In this document: piece after piece, positions 15,876 through 23,063 of the stretch | Numbering within the stretch: position 1 is the stretch's first letter | Layout of the letters: each line of letters opens with the position of its first letter | IMG/VR virus record: IMGVR_UViG_3300043640_000027 | Span: 1-63,050 of that record | Length of the DNA: 63,050 bases | Reading direction: 5' to 3' (one strand) | From: a virus | The notes under the pieces: model-generated | Told to the model about the DNA's origin: nothing | Databases searched by the model: none | Seen by the model: only the letters and a program-made list of their open reading frames with translations | Program-made: the position numbers and the translations under genes

Positions 15876-16198
15876 TTACGATTGACGAGCATGTGCCATA
15901 TGTACCGCCGCAGACCACGACGGAGATAATTAATAACGCTCTTGAGCGGCGCAAGATGCGAGACGCAGGCGTACAGATCGACAGTGTACCCCTGCCAGCG
16001 GAACAGACTAAGCACAAGATGGATCGTGGGTTAAAGGCTATCGTGTCCCGATTCACCGAAGCGTACAAACGCGTGTATGGGGTGCCGCCTACCGTGCGTT
16101 ACGATAAGCCATGGCTACAAATCAGCGGCACAGAACACAGAGTCAGCAGGCAACGCTTGCTGGAAATGGCAAAACAACTGGAATATAGGGCAGGCTAA
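15872..16198 (+). CDS. hypothetical protein
   Basis: Start chosen at ATG 15872 (MITIDEH...), which overlaps the upstream stop (ATGA). Confidence 0.55.
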   Translation: MITIDEHVPYVPPQTTTEIINNALERRKMRDAGVQIDSVPLPAEQTKHKMDRGLKAIVSRFTEAYKRVYGVPPTVRYDKPWLQISGTEHRVSRQRLLEMAKQLEYRAG

Positions 16199-16202
16199 GA
16201 TT

Positions 16203-16673
16203 ATGTCAGACTTTAATCGCGAAGACCGTTACTTTGTATTCAAGCGTAGCGACGTGCCAGCATCCGCGATACCTGTACTTGAATCGCTGCGCGAAACCGC
16301 AGACCATCTGCGCGGTATGAAAGGCAAACCGCCGCTTGTGTGCGTGGTAGTCGAGTCCGACTGGCCGGAATACGAAAAGACGTGGCAGATGATCGAAGAC
16401 AGGGTTAATCCTACCGCTAACTTCCATAGCAGCGATCCAGTGTGGAAGACCGAAGCCGAACACTACAAGGCCGCAGGGTTTATTGTGGACACCACCTGTT
16501 ATCCGTGGATAGCCTACAAAGGGCCGCGCTTTGCCCCCACCGAATATAAGTGTATTAAGACAGACCTTGAATCGCAGTTGAACGCTCAGGTTCAGCGCCA
16601 TAGTTATATCAATCCGAGTCTACACGCGCAGATGGCGGCAGGTATGGGACGCACGCACAGCGGAGACGATTAA
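16203..16673 (+). CDS. hypothetical protein
   Basis: Start chosen at ATG 16203 (MSDFNRED...), 4 nt after the upstream stop. 156 aa. Confidence 0.6.
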   Translation: MSDFNREDRYFVFKRSDVPASAIPVLESLRETADHLRGMKGKPPLVCVVVESDWPEYEKTWQMIEDRVNPTANFHSSDPVWKTEAEHYKAAGFIVDTTCYPWIAYKGPRFAPTEYKCIKTDLESQLNAQVQRHSYINPSLHAQMAAGMGRTHSGDD

Positions 16674-17104
16674 TGTTTAATCCCGCCGTAACCATAGACA
16701 AAGAATCTGCCGAGTCGCGAGTGATGCGCCGGGTTAAGTCTGTCTGGACGGAAGCCAAAAACACCTATCAGATTCACGAGCCGCACGATTTTAAGCTTGC
16801 GTTTATGAACCATTCGACACTGGCACGGGTATCTAATCATCCGTCCGCAGCGGCTTGCGCCGTGGTGTTGCGTGGCGAGCGTGAGAGGCCGATGATACTG
16901 GTCAGGATTAATAAGTCTGCGATAGAGCAGAATTTGCAAGCCGTGCTTGACGATGTAATCCCGCATGAACTGGCACATATCGTCTGCGACTTCCGGCCAC
17001 AACACGGGCATAGCCACAACCACGATGAAGGCTGGACGAAAGTCTGCAAGCGGCTGGGCGGGACAGGCGCAGCGCAGTACCCGGCAGGAGTATTTAATCT
17101 GTGA
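16673..17104 (+). CDS. SprT-like zinc metallopeptidase domain protein
   Basis: HELAHIV (HExxH) followed by GHSHNHDEGW...CKRLGG, as in SprT-family proteins. TAATG coupling. Confidence 0.6.
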   Translation: MFNPAVTIDKESAESRVMRRVKSVWTEAKNTYQIHEPHDFKLAFMNHSTLARVSNHPSAAACAVVLRGERERPMILVRINKSAIEQNLQAVLDDVIPHELAHIVCDFRPQHGHSHNHDEGWTKVCKRLGGTGAAQYPAGVFNL

Positions 17105-17388
17105 ACGCCTACCAGAAACGCCACCTAGCCGCCATGGACGCAAGGCAGCGGGCAAAGGCCGACCGCACGGCAGCGAGTGACCTAAAGCGCATGGAAGCCC
17201 ACGCCGTAGCCAAGCGCTACGAAGCCGCGCACCTAGCAGCTACAGGCGAAACAACGGACGTGCGATACACGAACGGATGGTTTAGGTTCAAGGGGTCGAT
17301 GCACCGCAAGGCCGATCTAGAGCGCATGACCGCAGTGCTGGAAGCCCGCGCCGCCGACCTGATAAACCCAGACGACGAAAGTAGTTGA
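17101..17388 (+). CDS. hypothetical protein
   Basis: 95-aa ORF with a GTG start overlapping the upstream stop (GTGA). Arg/Ala-rich and helical. Confidence 0.5.
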   Translation: MNAYQKRHLAAMDARQRAKADRTAASDLKRMEAHAVAKRYEAAHLAATGETTDVRYTNGWFRFKGSMHRKADLERMTAVLEARAADLINPDDESS

Positions 17389-17413
17389 CAACCTGAAATC
17401 AGCATGGTCTACT
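17385..17413 (+). promoter_or_regulatory. sigma70-like promoter (putative)
   Basis: Perfect TTGACA (17385-17390) containing the TGA stop of the upstream gene. 17 nt later comes TGgTCTACT. The downstream context TCTACTAGC resembles 13706 TCTACACTAGC. Confidence 0.35.
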
Positions 17414-17489
17414 AGCTCCACACCGGCAAGAGCTAGACCGCAACACCGAGCCGGATTTGCGACACTAACCCAGAGTGAGGATTAATCCC

Positions 17490-17966
17490 ATGAGTTTTGA
17501 ATTCGTTATCGAAGATGGCGTCAGCATCCCCAAGCGTGAAATCGAGTTTGCGCCGCGTGGCAGTCAGTACCCGCTGGAACAGATGAAGCCGGGCCAGTCT
17601 TTCCGCCTTGATGTTGTGGGCGAAGAGAACGCCACCAAGCAGGACGGCACCCCGCTTACTGTCGAGGAAGACGCGAAGCGTAAGGCCGCACAGAAGCAGA
17701 GCTACTTTAGCTCGCTGGGCAAGAAGTTGGGTATCAATGTTGTGACCCGCTATTTCCCGAACGGTGAGCCGGATGCAGACGGCAACGAGTCGGGTAACCC
17801 GGAACTGCGCGTGTGGCACAACGGCGAGCGTACCGCCGAACAGAAGGCGAAGGACGCAGAGAAAGCCGCACAGGCTGGCAGTGCTGATGCGGGCGCAGAA
17901 GTCGCAGAAGGCGAGTATGCCGAACAGGGCGAAGGCGAAGACGACCTGAACCTCGGCGACGAGTAA
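17490..17966 (+). CDS. hypothetical protein with strongly acidic C-terminus
   Basis: Start chosen at ATG 17490 (GAGTGAGG RBS). C-terminal AEGEYAEQGEGEDDLNLGDE. Followed by a 13-bp hairpin. Confidence 0.6.
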   Translation: MSFEFVIEDGVSIPKREIEFAPRGSQYPLEQMKPGQSFRLDVVGEENATKQDGTPLTVEEDAKRKAAQKQSYFSSLGKKLGINVVTRYFPNGEPDADGNESGNPELRVWHNGERTAEQKAKDAEKAAQAGSADAGAEVAEGEYAEQGEGEDDLNLGDE

Positions 17967-17977
17967 TAAGCATACTT

Positions 17978-18008
17978 GTACCCCGGCGAATCAACTTCGC
18001 CGGGGTAC
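17978..18008 (+). terminator. hairpin terminator candidate
   Basis: Perfect 13-bp stem GTACCCCGGCGAA / TTCGCCGGGGTAC with a 5-nt loop, 12 nt after stop 17966. The trailing T-tract is weak (TTGCGTT). Confidence 0.45.
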
Positions 18009-18077
18009 TTGCGTTCCCGCTTCAAAGCCTGTAGCATATTCAACAAGTCGCCCTGTACGCGGCGCGGAGCCTCACCC

Positions 18078-18242
18078 ATGCCATCCCCTGACCCGATCAT
18101 TGCGCAGCGCGTGGCAGACCTGTTAGGCAGGCTCACCATCATGGACAGCCTGTTACCGCAGATTACAGACCGGACACTACGCAACACGTTTGCCCTAGAG
18201 ATTATCCAGCTACGGCAAGGACTACAGCAGTTACAAGATTAA
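18078..18242 (+). CDS. hypothetical small protein (54 aa)
   Basis: ATG 18078 with GGAG 8 nt upstream. The longer track ORF (from 17976) would start inside the terminator hairpin. Confidence 0.35.
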   Translation: MPSPDPIIAQRVADLLGRLTIMDSLLPQITDRTLRNTFALEIIQLRQGLQQLQD

Positions 18243-18352
18243 TTAGAGGTACGCTAGAACCCGGTAGGCAAGCCGCCTATCAGACCCAACCTACTTACAG
18301 GTAGGTAAAGGTCGCCGCTGTAACGGTAGGAGCGTCTAGCGGACCTCTAATT
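18241..18352 (+). other. 112-nt multi-branched stem-loop element (possible structured RNA or complex terminator)
   Basis: 18241-18258 pairs with 18335-18352 (17 bp plus 1 mismatch). This stem encloses hairpins 18263-18281 (7 bp, one G-U) and 18289-18306 (6 bp), plus a weak third. TTTT follows at 18355-18358. Confidence 0.4.
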
Positions 18353-18374
18353 AATTTTAATCGGGGCTATCACG

Positions 18375-18617
18375 ATGCCACGCAAAGAACCACGGGACTA
18401 CAAGGCCGAGTACACAGATTACCACGGCAAGCAGTCTCAGATTAATAATCGCAGCCAACGGAATAAGGCTGTGCGCAAGCTGGATAGGGAAGGTTCAGCA
18501 AGCAAAGACGGTAAAGAGGTTGACCATAAGAGCGGATCAACCAAAGGAAGTAAGTTAAGTAATGCAGGAAGCAATTTACGCGTAGTAAAGAAACTGACTA
18601 ACCGCCGCAAAGGCTAA
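18375..18617 (+). CDS. small basic protein (possible degenerate HNH-like motif)
   Basis: 80 aa, Lys/Arg-rich. Segment EVDHK...SNLRVV...NRR loosely resembles an H-N-N/H motif. Confidence 0.55.
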   Translation: MPRKEPRDYKAEYTDYHGKQSQINNRSQRNKAVRKLDREGSASKDGKEVDHKSGSTKGSKLSNAGSNLRVVKKLTNRRKG

Positions 18618-18628
18618 GGGGTCATCCC

Positions 18629-18823
18629 GTGAACGGATTTAAGGGTAGAGTTAAAGCACTGGCGATAGCCGCACTGCACCTACTATTAAGCGGGTGCTTT
18701 CTTGCGGCTGCTACTTTCTTTTTCCGCGATGAAGCCTACTCTATCGCTGGCATACTTACGCTAGCCGGGGTAGTGTGTTTCGCAATTGGTGTCGATATTG
18801 TTAAGGAGAACTACGGTGAGTGA
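18629..18823 (+). CDS. small membrane protein
   Basis: GTG start with AAGGGG upstream. Two hydrophobic helices (ALAIAALHLLLSGCFLAAATFFF and IAGILTLAGVVCFAIGV). Confidence 0.5.
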   Translation: MNGFKGRVKALAIAALHLLLSGCFLAAATFFFRDEAYSIAGILTLAGVVCFAIGVDIVKENYGE

Positions 18824-18977
18824 AGTTAATATAAGGCTGTACCCGAAAAAGATGCGCCGTGAACTGCATGAGCTTAACAAGCATCCGAAGCAAAGGGTTA
18901 TGCAGTTGAGTGAAGTCAAGCGCCCGCAATACGTGACCCAGACTAATGGGCTGCGTGTTAAATATGAAGGACCGTAA
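18816..18977 (+). CDS. hypothetical small protein (53 aa)
   Basis: GTG 18816 preceded by AAGGAGA 6 nt upstream. Overlaps the upstream stop by 8 nt. Confidence 0.45.
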   Translation: MSEVNIRLYPKKMRRELHELNKHPKQRVMQLSEVKRPQYVTQTNGLRVKYEGP

Positions 18978-18979
18978 CC

Positions 18980-19159
18980 ATGGACTTCTCTCCGAGATTA
19001 ACTCAGGTAAAACCGCCGCATAGTTGCAGGCTGGTACAATCGGGGAGGCACGTAGAGAACCGTGAGATTTACATGGCGCAGTCCAAACTCACAAAGAACG
19101 GCCAGCGTGCGGAACTGCCCACACTGGAACAGGCCAGAAAAATTAACAGGGGTAACTAA
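18980..19159 (+). CDS. hypothetical small protein (59 aa, below track cutoff)
   Basis: Manual translation MDFSPRLTQVKPPHSCRLVQSGRHVENREIYMAQSKLTKNGQRAELPTLEQARKINRGN. Fills the gap exactly, and its stop overlaps the next ATG (TAATG). Confidence 0.5.
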   Translation: MDFSPRLTQVKPPHSCRLVQSGRHVENREIYMAQSKLTKNGQRAELPTLEQARKINRGN

Positions 19160-19383
19160 TGAAACCTAACGGTACTGCCCATCCGACGCTTGCCAAGTTC
19201 TTTGCGAGCCGGGGCCACTACACGCATATCAGCGCACCCATCATAGAGAACCCGCTAGCGATTATCGCACGGGCCAAGAACGAGATTTTCCACGGGCCCC
19301 AGATGGTTGTAGGCCACCGCAAGACCCTGAATGCTGGCCGCAATCAAGCCAAGCGTACACAGGCCACGCGGAGATACGGCTAA
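19159..19383 (+). CDS. hypothetical basic protein
   Basis: 74-aa ORF; TAATG coupling at both ends. Confidence 0.55.
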   Translation: MKPNGTAHPTLAKFFASRGHYTHISAPIIENPLAIIARAKNEIFHGPQMVVGHRKTLNAGRNQAKRTQATRRYG

Positions 19384-19736
19384 TGAACGGGACGTACTAT
19401 CGACTGCTGGTAATAATGACGATTAAGCATCCACAGGAAGCCCAAGACGTTGTTATGAAGATCAGTAGAACCCTCCCGTTTCAGCCCGTAGAAGGTATGA
19501 CGTTAGTAATAACTAACGACGAAAGCGAAGAGTACGAATTAACTCTAGGCCCACCGCGCTACGAGTTCGCAGAATCAGCCTTTGTGGAGTATCAGGAAGA
19601 TGAAACGCTGTTGGAATACATGCGTGCTGGCGACTACTGCCCTGCTAATCGAGATTCACTATACAGTTATTACGCTAGCTTCGGGTTTGAGGCTGTACTT
19701 CCGAGAGTGGTTATAGAGCAGAGGGCGATAGCATGA
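19383..19736 (+). CDS. hypothetical acidic protein
   Basis: 117-aa ORF coupled to its neighbours. Confidence 0.6.
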   Translation: MNGTYYRLLVIMTIKHPQEAQDVVMKISRTLPFQPVEGMTLVITNDESEEYELTLGPPRYEFAESAFVEYQEDETLLEYMRAGDYCPANRDSLYSYYASFGFEAVLPRVVIEQRAIA

Positions 19737-19990
19737 CTACTCAAGCAAGGGTATCCACGACGCGAAGGTTTGGGGTGGTACACGCGCACGGCGATTTGGT
19801 GCAGTTTAGCGCGCCAGAGAATATGTCTTACGTGGTCATGGTTACAAGGGACGTAATGGACGGCGACCAACAGTTTAACGGTGTGACTCTCACCACAAAT
19901 GGACTTAATCTGATAGGCGAGTACGGTAATAACTACGTTACAGACCAGTTCGTTAAGTTCACGGGTACGGTAGAGCTTACATCGGAGTGA
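19733..19990 (+). CDS. hypothetical protein
   Basis: 85-aa ORF, ATGA-coupled. An 8-bp hairpin (19998-20021) follows. Confidence 0.6.
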   Translation: MTTQARVSTTRRFGVVHAHGDLVQFSAPENMSYVVMVTRDVMDGDQQFNGVTLTTNGLNLIGEYGNNYVTDQFVKFTGTVELTSE

Positions 19991-20042
19991 AGGGTTAAGG
20001 GTATGCCCTTACACATACCCTATTAGTTGGAGTTAAAACCCA

Positions 20043-20180
20043 ATGAATGAGATTGACGCGGCCATTAAGAAATTAGCGGAACGAGCCGCAAAAGAGGACG
20101 TTAAACCGCATGAAGCCATGCAGCTAGCGCAAGCCGCACTTAATTTTGCGCAGACTAAGGCCATCTTGAAGAATTCGTAA
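20043..20180 (+). CDS. hypothetical small helical protein (45 aa, below track cutoff)
   Basis: Manual translation MNEIDAAIKKLAERAAKEDVKPHEAMQLAQAALNFAQTKAILKNS. GGAG about 13 nt upstream. Confidence 0.4.
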   Translation: MNEIDAAIKKLAERAAKEDVKPHEAMQLAQAALNFAQTKAILKNS

Positions 20181-20463
20181 GCATGCTGGTGGCAGGCATG
20201 TCAGCCCCTTGACTCCGGTCGAGGCACAAGGAAACCGTGTGTTAACGGGACCAGTCTGCACGGCGTTTGCCTCCCACCGGGAACAGACCGCTACTCAAGC
20301 GAGAGTGTTTAGACTTCAGACCCATCTAGACATAGAGCGTTAGCGACACGATAAGAGCAGTTAGCCACGCACCATCCACAGGTATATCCTAGTTAGCGCT
20401 AGGACGTAGCAGTATTAACCTATTGGACACCCAAGGTTGTAAAGGGTGCGTGCATAATTTCTG

Positions 20464-20559
20464 ATGTAGGTGGCGAAATGGTAGACGCGGCGCAAGCTGC
20501 CCTTATATAGAGCGGCCGATCTTGAGGGCGTACAGGTTCGATTCCTGTCCTACATCCCA
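20464..20559 (+). tRNA. tRNA-like element with aberrant anticodon region (type-II/Leu-like D arm; possible pseudo-tRNA or processing signal)
   Basis: 7-bp acceptor ATGTAGG/CCTACAT. Leu-like D arm GCGAAATGGTAGACGC. Canonical T arm ACAGG-TTCGATT-CCTGT, discriminator C and encoded CCA. The 43 nt between the D and T arms (20489-20531) does not fold into a 5-bp/7-nt anticodon arm; it forms a long hairpin at 20498-20530 instead. Confidence 0.45.
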
Positions 20560-20572
20560 TTCGGAGATAATC

Positions 20573-20818
20573 ATGTTCGGTATTATGCACCATCTAAAGG
20601 TGACCATCTGCGAGAACGCAATGGACGCCATCGCTAAGGGCTATTCCAAAGAAGCAACCTACAAAGACTATAAGCCTGTCAACATAGAGGAAGTAGTCGT
20701 GGTGCGTGACGGTACAGAAGGCGGAAACTCTACCGCCGATCTTGTTCTTGTAGACCAAGAAGGCAATAAATACGTCGTCATGGTCACAGGTAATTTACTT
20801 AAGGCTTTGCCGGTATAG
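20573..20818 (+). CDS. hypothetical protein
   Basis: Start chosen at ATG 20573 (GGAGA 5 nt upstream, 14 nt after the tRNA-like CCA). The stop TAG lies 10 nt inside tRNA-Thr. Confidence 0.55.
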   Translation: MFGIMHHLKVTICENAMDAIAKGYSKEATYKDYKPVNIEEVVVVRDGTEGGNSTADLVLVDQEGNKYVVMVTGNLLKALPV

Positions 20819-20884
20819 CTCAGTTGGTAGAGCAATTCACTTGTAATGAATAGGTCGTGAGTTCGATTCTTACTATCGGCACCA
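20809..20884 (+). tRNA. tRNA-Thr(UGU): tRNA-Thr (anticodon UGU)
   Basis: Manual cloverleaf: GCCGGTA TA GCTC AGTTGGTA GAGC A ATTCA CTTGTAA TGAAT AGGTC GTGAG TTCGATT CTTAC TATCGGC A CCA (76 nt). Confidence 0.9.
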
Positions 20885-20897
20885 CTAAGGATTAAAT

Positions 20898-21140
20898 ATG
20901 GAACGCTGGGACGATACTGTACCGCCGTTAATGTTGTTTACCCCCGAAGAGTTCGCCCGTGTACCAGATGGTACAAAGTTAGAGGCTATTGACGGAGAGA
21001 TAGTAACCAAAGGCGAAGATCACATAGACGACGATGTTAGATTCGGTTGTCTAGCTTTCGGAAGTAGGGACGAAGAAGTGCAAAAGTTAGCGAGTGTGGC
21101 GGAATTGGTAGACGCGCTAGATTTAGGTTCTAGTAGTTAA
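20898..21140 (+). CDS. hypothetical protein whose last 16-17 codons and stop lie inside tRNA-Leu
   Basis: AAGGA 7 nt before ATG 20898, 14 nt after the tRNA-Thr CCA. The ORF runs 51 nt into tRNA-Leu(UAG). Confidence 0.5.
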   Translation: MERWDDTVPPLMLFTPEEFARVPDGTKLEAIDGEIVTKGEDHIDDDVRFGCLAFGSRDEEVQKLASVAELVDALDLGSSS

Positions 21141-21174
21141 CACTGTGCGGGTTCAATTCCCGCCATTCGCACCA
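21090..21174 (+). tRNA. tRNA-Leu(UAG): tRNA-Leu (anticodon UAG)
   Basis: Manual fold: GCGAGTG TG GCG GAATTGGTAGA CGC G CTAGA TTTAGGT TCTAG, 13-nt variable arm, GCGGG TTCAATT CCCGC CATTCGC A CCA (85 nt). Confidence 0.9.
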
Positions 21175-21191
21175 AATACAGAGGCATCATA

Positions 21192-21491
21192 ATGGAAATC
21201 AAAGTAGCGCCGGAAGATATTAATACCATGCTGGCGGACGCGGTACTCAAATCCGCCATAGGTAAAGAACTACATCAGGTCATTCTGTCTAAGCTTAATG
21301 ATTATACGTTCAAGCGCGCCATCGAGGAGACGGTTATTTCAGTTGTAAGGAATATCGCGATAGACATGGTTCATGAGAACGAAGAAGTCAAAACTAGAAT
21401 CAAGGAAGAAGTGGCTAAGTACATGGAAGGCGGCGCAATGAAAGATATTATCGCTAAGATAGGCGATAAAATAACTGTGGCTAACTACTAA
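21192..21491 (+). CDS. hypothetical protein
   Basis: 99-aa ORF. AGAGG RBS; the start lies 18 nt after the tRNA-Leu CCA and the stop 5 nt before the next tRNA. Confidence 0.6.
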   Translation: MEIKVAPEDINTMLADAVLKSAIGKELHQVILSKLNDYTFKRAIEETVISVVRNIAIDMVHENEEVKTRIKEEVAKYMEGGAMKDIIAKIGDKITVANY

Positions 21492-21496
21492 ACTAT

Positions 21497-21573
21497 AGGC
21501 GGTTAGCTCAGTTGGTCAGAGCAGGCGACTCATAATCGCTTGGTCGTGGGTTCAAGTCCCACACCGCCTACCA
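21497..21573 (+). tRNA. tRNA-Ile2/Met(CAU): tRNA with anticodon CAU (probably lysidine-type tRNA-Ile2; elongator Met not excluded)
   Basis: AGGCGGT TA GCTC AGTTGGTCA GAGC A GGCGA CTCATAA TCGCT TGGTC GTGGG TTCAAGT CCCAC ACCGCCT A CCA (77 nt). The A1-U72 pair and the anticodon arm match my recollection of E. coli ileX. Confidence 0.85.
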
Positions 21574-21600
21574 TAAATGCAACATAACCAAGGCACGGAT

Positions 21601-21885
21601 ATGTCTAAGGCAGTAGCAGTAACTCAGATGGTTCTGCACAACGCGAATATACCGCGAGTGCTTTGCGACCACATGCTAGGCGAACACCATACAACGCGAC
21701 ACCGCATGCTTGTGGGTACAGTAGTTATGCTTTGCGGGGTATTAATCGCAAAGACCACAGGGCATATTCACTCCGAAGTAGTCGAAGTGATGGGCGATCT
21801 GACAGGTTATCTTGTGCATGGCGTAGGAGCCGTACCTTACGTGGATGCGTTAGTTATAGCGGTACGGCGTAGCAGCGGAGATTAG
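21601..21885 (+). CDS. small membrane protein
   Basis: Start chosen at ATG 21601 (AAGG upstream). Two hydrophobic helices (MLVGTVVMLCGVLIA and LVHGVGAVPYVDALVIAV). The track start 21577 lies 4 nt after the tRNA. Confidence 0.5.
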   Translation: MSKAVAVTQMVLHNANIPRVLCDHMLGEHHTTRHRMLVGTVVMLCGVLIAKTTGHIHSEVVEVMGDLTGYLVHGVGAVPYVDALVIAVRRSSGD

Positions 21886-21886
21886 A

Positions 21887-22057
21887 ATGGCTAAGTCCAT
21901 GAAGGGTGCAGGCTTCAAAGCTGTGCAAAGTAATATCGCTAAGAAAGAAGGTATCCCGATGAAGAGCGCGGGCGCTATCTTGGCGAAGTCCAGCCGCAAT
22001 GCCAGCGCCAAAGCGAAGAAAGCTAACCCAGCACTCAAGAAAGTTAAGGGTTACTGA
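21887..22057 (+). CDS. small Lys-rich basic protein (56 aa, below track cutoff)
   Basis: Manual translation MAKSMKGAGFKAVQSNIAKKEGIPMKSAGAILAKSSRNASAKAKKANPALKKVKGY. Fills the gap and its stop overlaps the next ATG (TGATG). Preferred over antisense ORF 21850..22038. Confidence 0.5.
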   Translation: MAKSMKGAGFKAVQSNIAKKEGIPMKSAGAILAKSSRNASAKAKKANPALKKVKGY

Positions 22058-22497
22058 TGGCTAAGGTCAAGTGGTTAGAGAGGGAGCTATTCCGCTCCCC
22101 CGTGTATTATTGTCTCTGCACTACCGAAAAAGAATACACAGAAGAGTTTGTTCGATTAGACGTTAAGTATCCGGGTGAGTGGTTGAAGAATGACCGATCC
22201 GGCGCTTGCACGCATTTCGCCACACATAAGGACTATGGTACAGTCGCTATCGTCTGTATGCCAATAGAGCCTAAGCGTACATTAGTAGAACTTAATGCGA
22301 TGCTTGTGCATGAAGGGACGCATGTTGTCCAAGAGGTAATGGACAACATAGGTGAGAAGCACCCTAGTGGAGAGTTTCAAGCGTACCTAATGCAGAAAGT
22401 ATGTTTGGAACTAATGGGGGAGATGATGCGCAAGCTATACACTAAACCCAAACTGCTAGCTAAGATTATGGCTAACCAAGCGAAGATATATAAATGA
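22057..22497 (+). CDS. hypothetical protein with HExxH motif (possible small zinc metallopeptidase)
   Basis: MLVHEGTHVVQEV contains HEGTH. 146 aa. Confidence 0.5.
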   Translation: MAKVKWLERELFRSPVYYCLCTTEKEYTEEFVRLDVKYPGEWLKNDRSGACTHFATHKDYGTVAIVCMPIEPKRTLVELNAMLVHEGTHVVQEVMDNIGEKHPSGEFQAYLMQKVCLELMGEMMRKLYTKPKLLAKIMANQAKIYK

Positions 22498-23063
22498 GCG
22501 AATTAATTACCACTACAGCGAATAGAGTCAAAGCTGGTGGTTACTGGTGCGAGGATGCCACAGCGATTACGCAGGCAGCCTTAGATAAGACTGGACTAAG
22601 TTGGGACGATGAAATTCCCGTTACTTGGGGGTTCAATAACCTAGGGCTGGCAAATACTATTCTGGCCCTAGGTTCTGTTCGTCCGAAGTTTCAGAAGCGA
22701 GCAGATGTAATTACTATTAAGTTACTGAAAGAACTACATAGCATAGCTTTGAAGCTATGCGAGAAAGTAGGATTTACGGTAACTGATGTGGGGCATTGGC
22801 TGGGTAACCCGGATCGTGTAGGTAGCCGGAAGACGCAGTATAGTATGTGGCAACAGCTAGGACAGTCTGCCAGTATGCCGGTCGATAAAGCCCTGATAGA
22901 AGCCATGGCAGTCCTATTTAGCGAACAGCCAGACCACCTTAAGTGCGTCCATGCAAGTAAGCAGATACTATTTGTAGCGCGAGCCTTGAGCGGTGATGCA
23001 GGAGCCGTACAACTACGGTACGAGATAATCAACTTTCTACACACGGAGCTAGACAATGGATAA
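22494..23063 (+). CDS. hypothetical protein
   Basis: 189-aa ORF, ATGA-coupled. Confidence 0.65.
   Translation: MSELITTTANRVKAGGYWCEDATAITQAALDKTGLSWDDEIPVTWGFNNLGLANTILALGSVRPKFQKRADVITIKLLKELHSIALKLCEKVGFTVTDVGHWLGNPDRVGSRKTQYSMWQQLGQSASMPVDKALIEAMAVLFSEQPDHLKCVHASKQILFVARALSGDAGAVQLRYEIINFLHTELDNG

Noticed and set aside
12167-18374. Repeated 13-mer CGGGGCTATCACG (12167 and 18362) and TCGGGGCTAATCA (8130, 13730) as a conserved regulatory box
   Set aside because: In a 63-kb sequence, tens of exact 13-mer coincidences are expected by chance. One copy lies inside a CDS. The evidence is not strong enough.
20464-20559. tRNA-like element as an attP core (3' tRNA fragment used for integration), or as a tmRNA
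   Set aside because: No integrase or excisionase is present. The element contains both acceptor strands, with the 5' strand only about 90 nt from the 3' end and a normal D arm, unlike tmRNA, and there is no tag reading frame.
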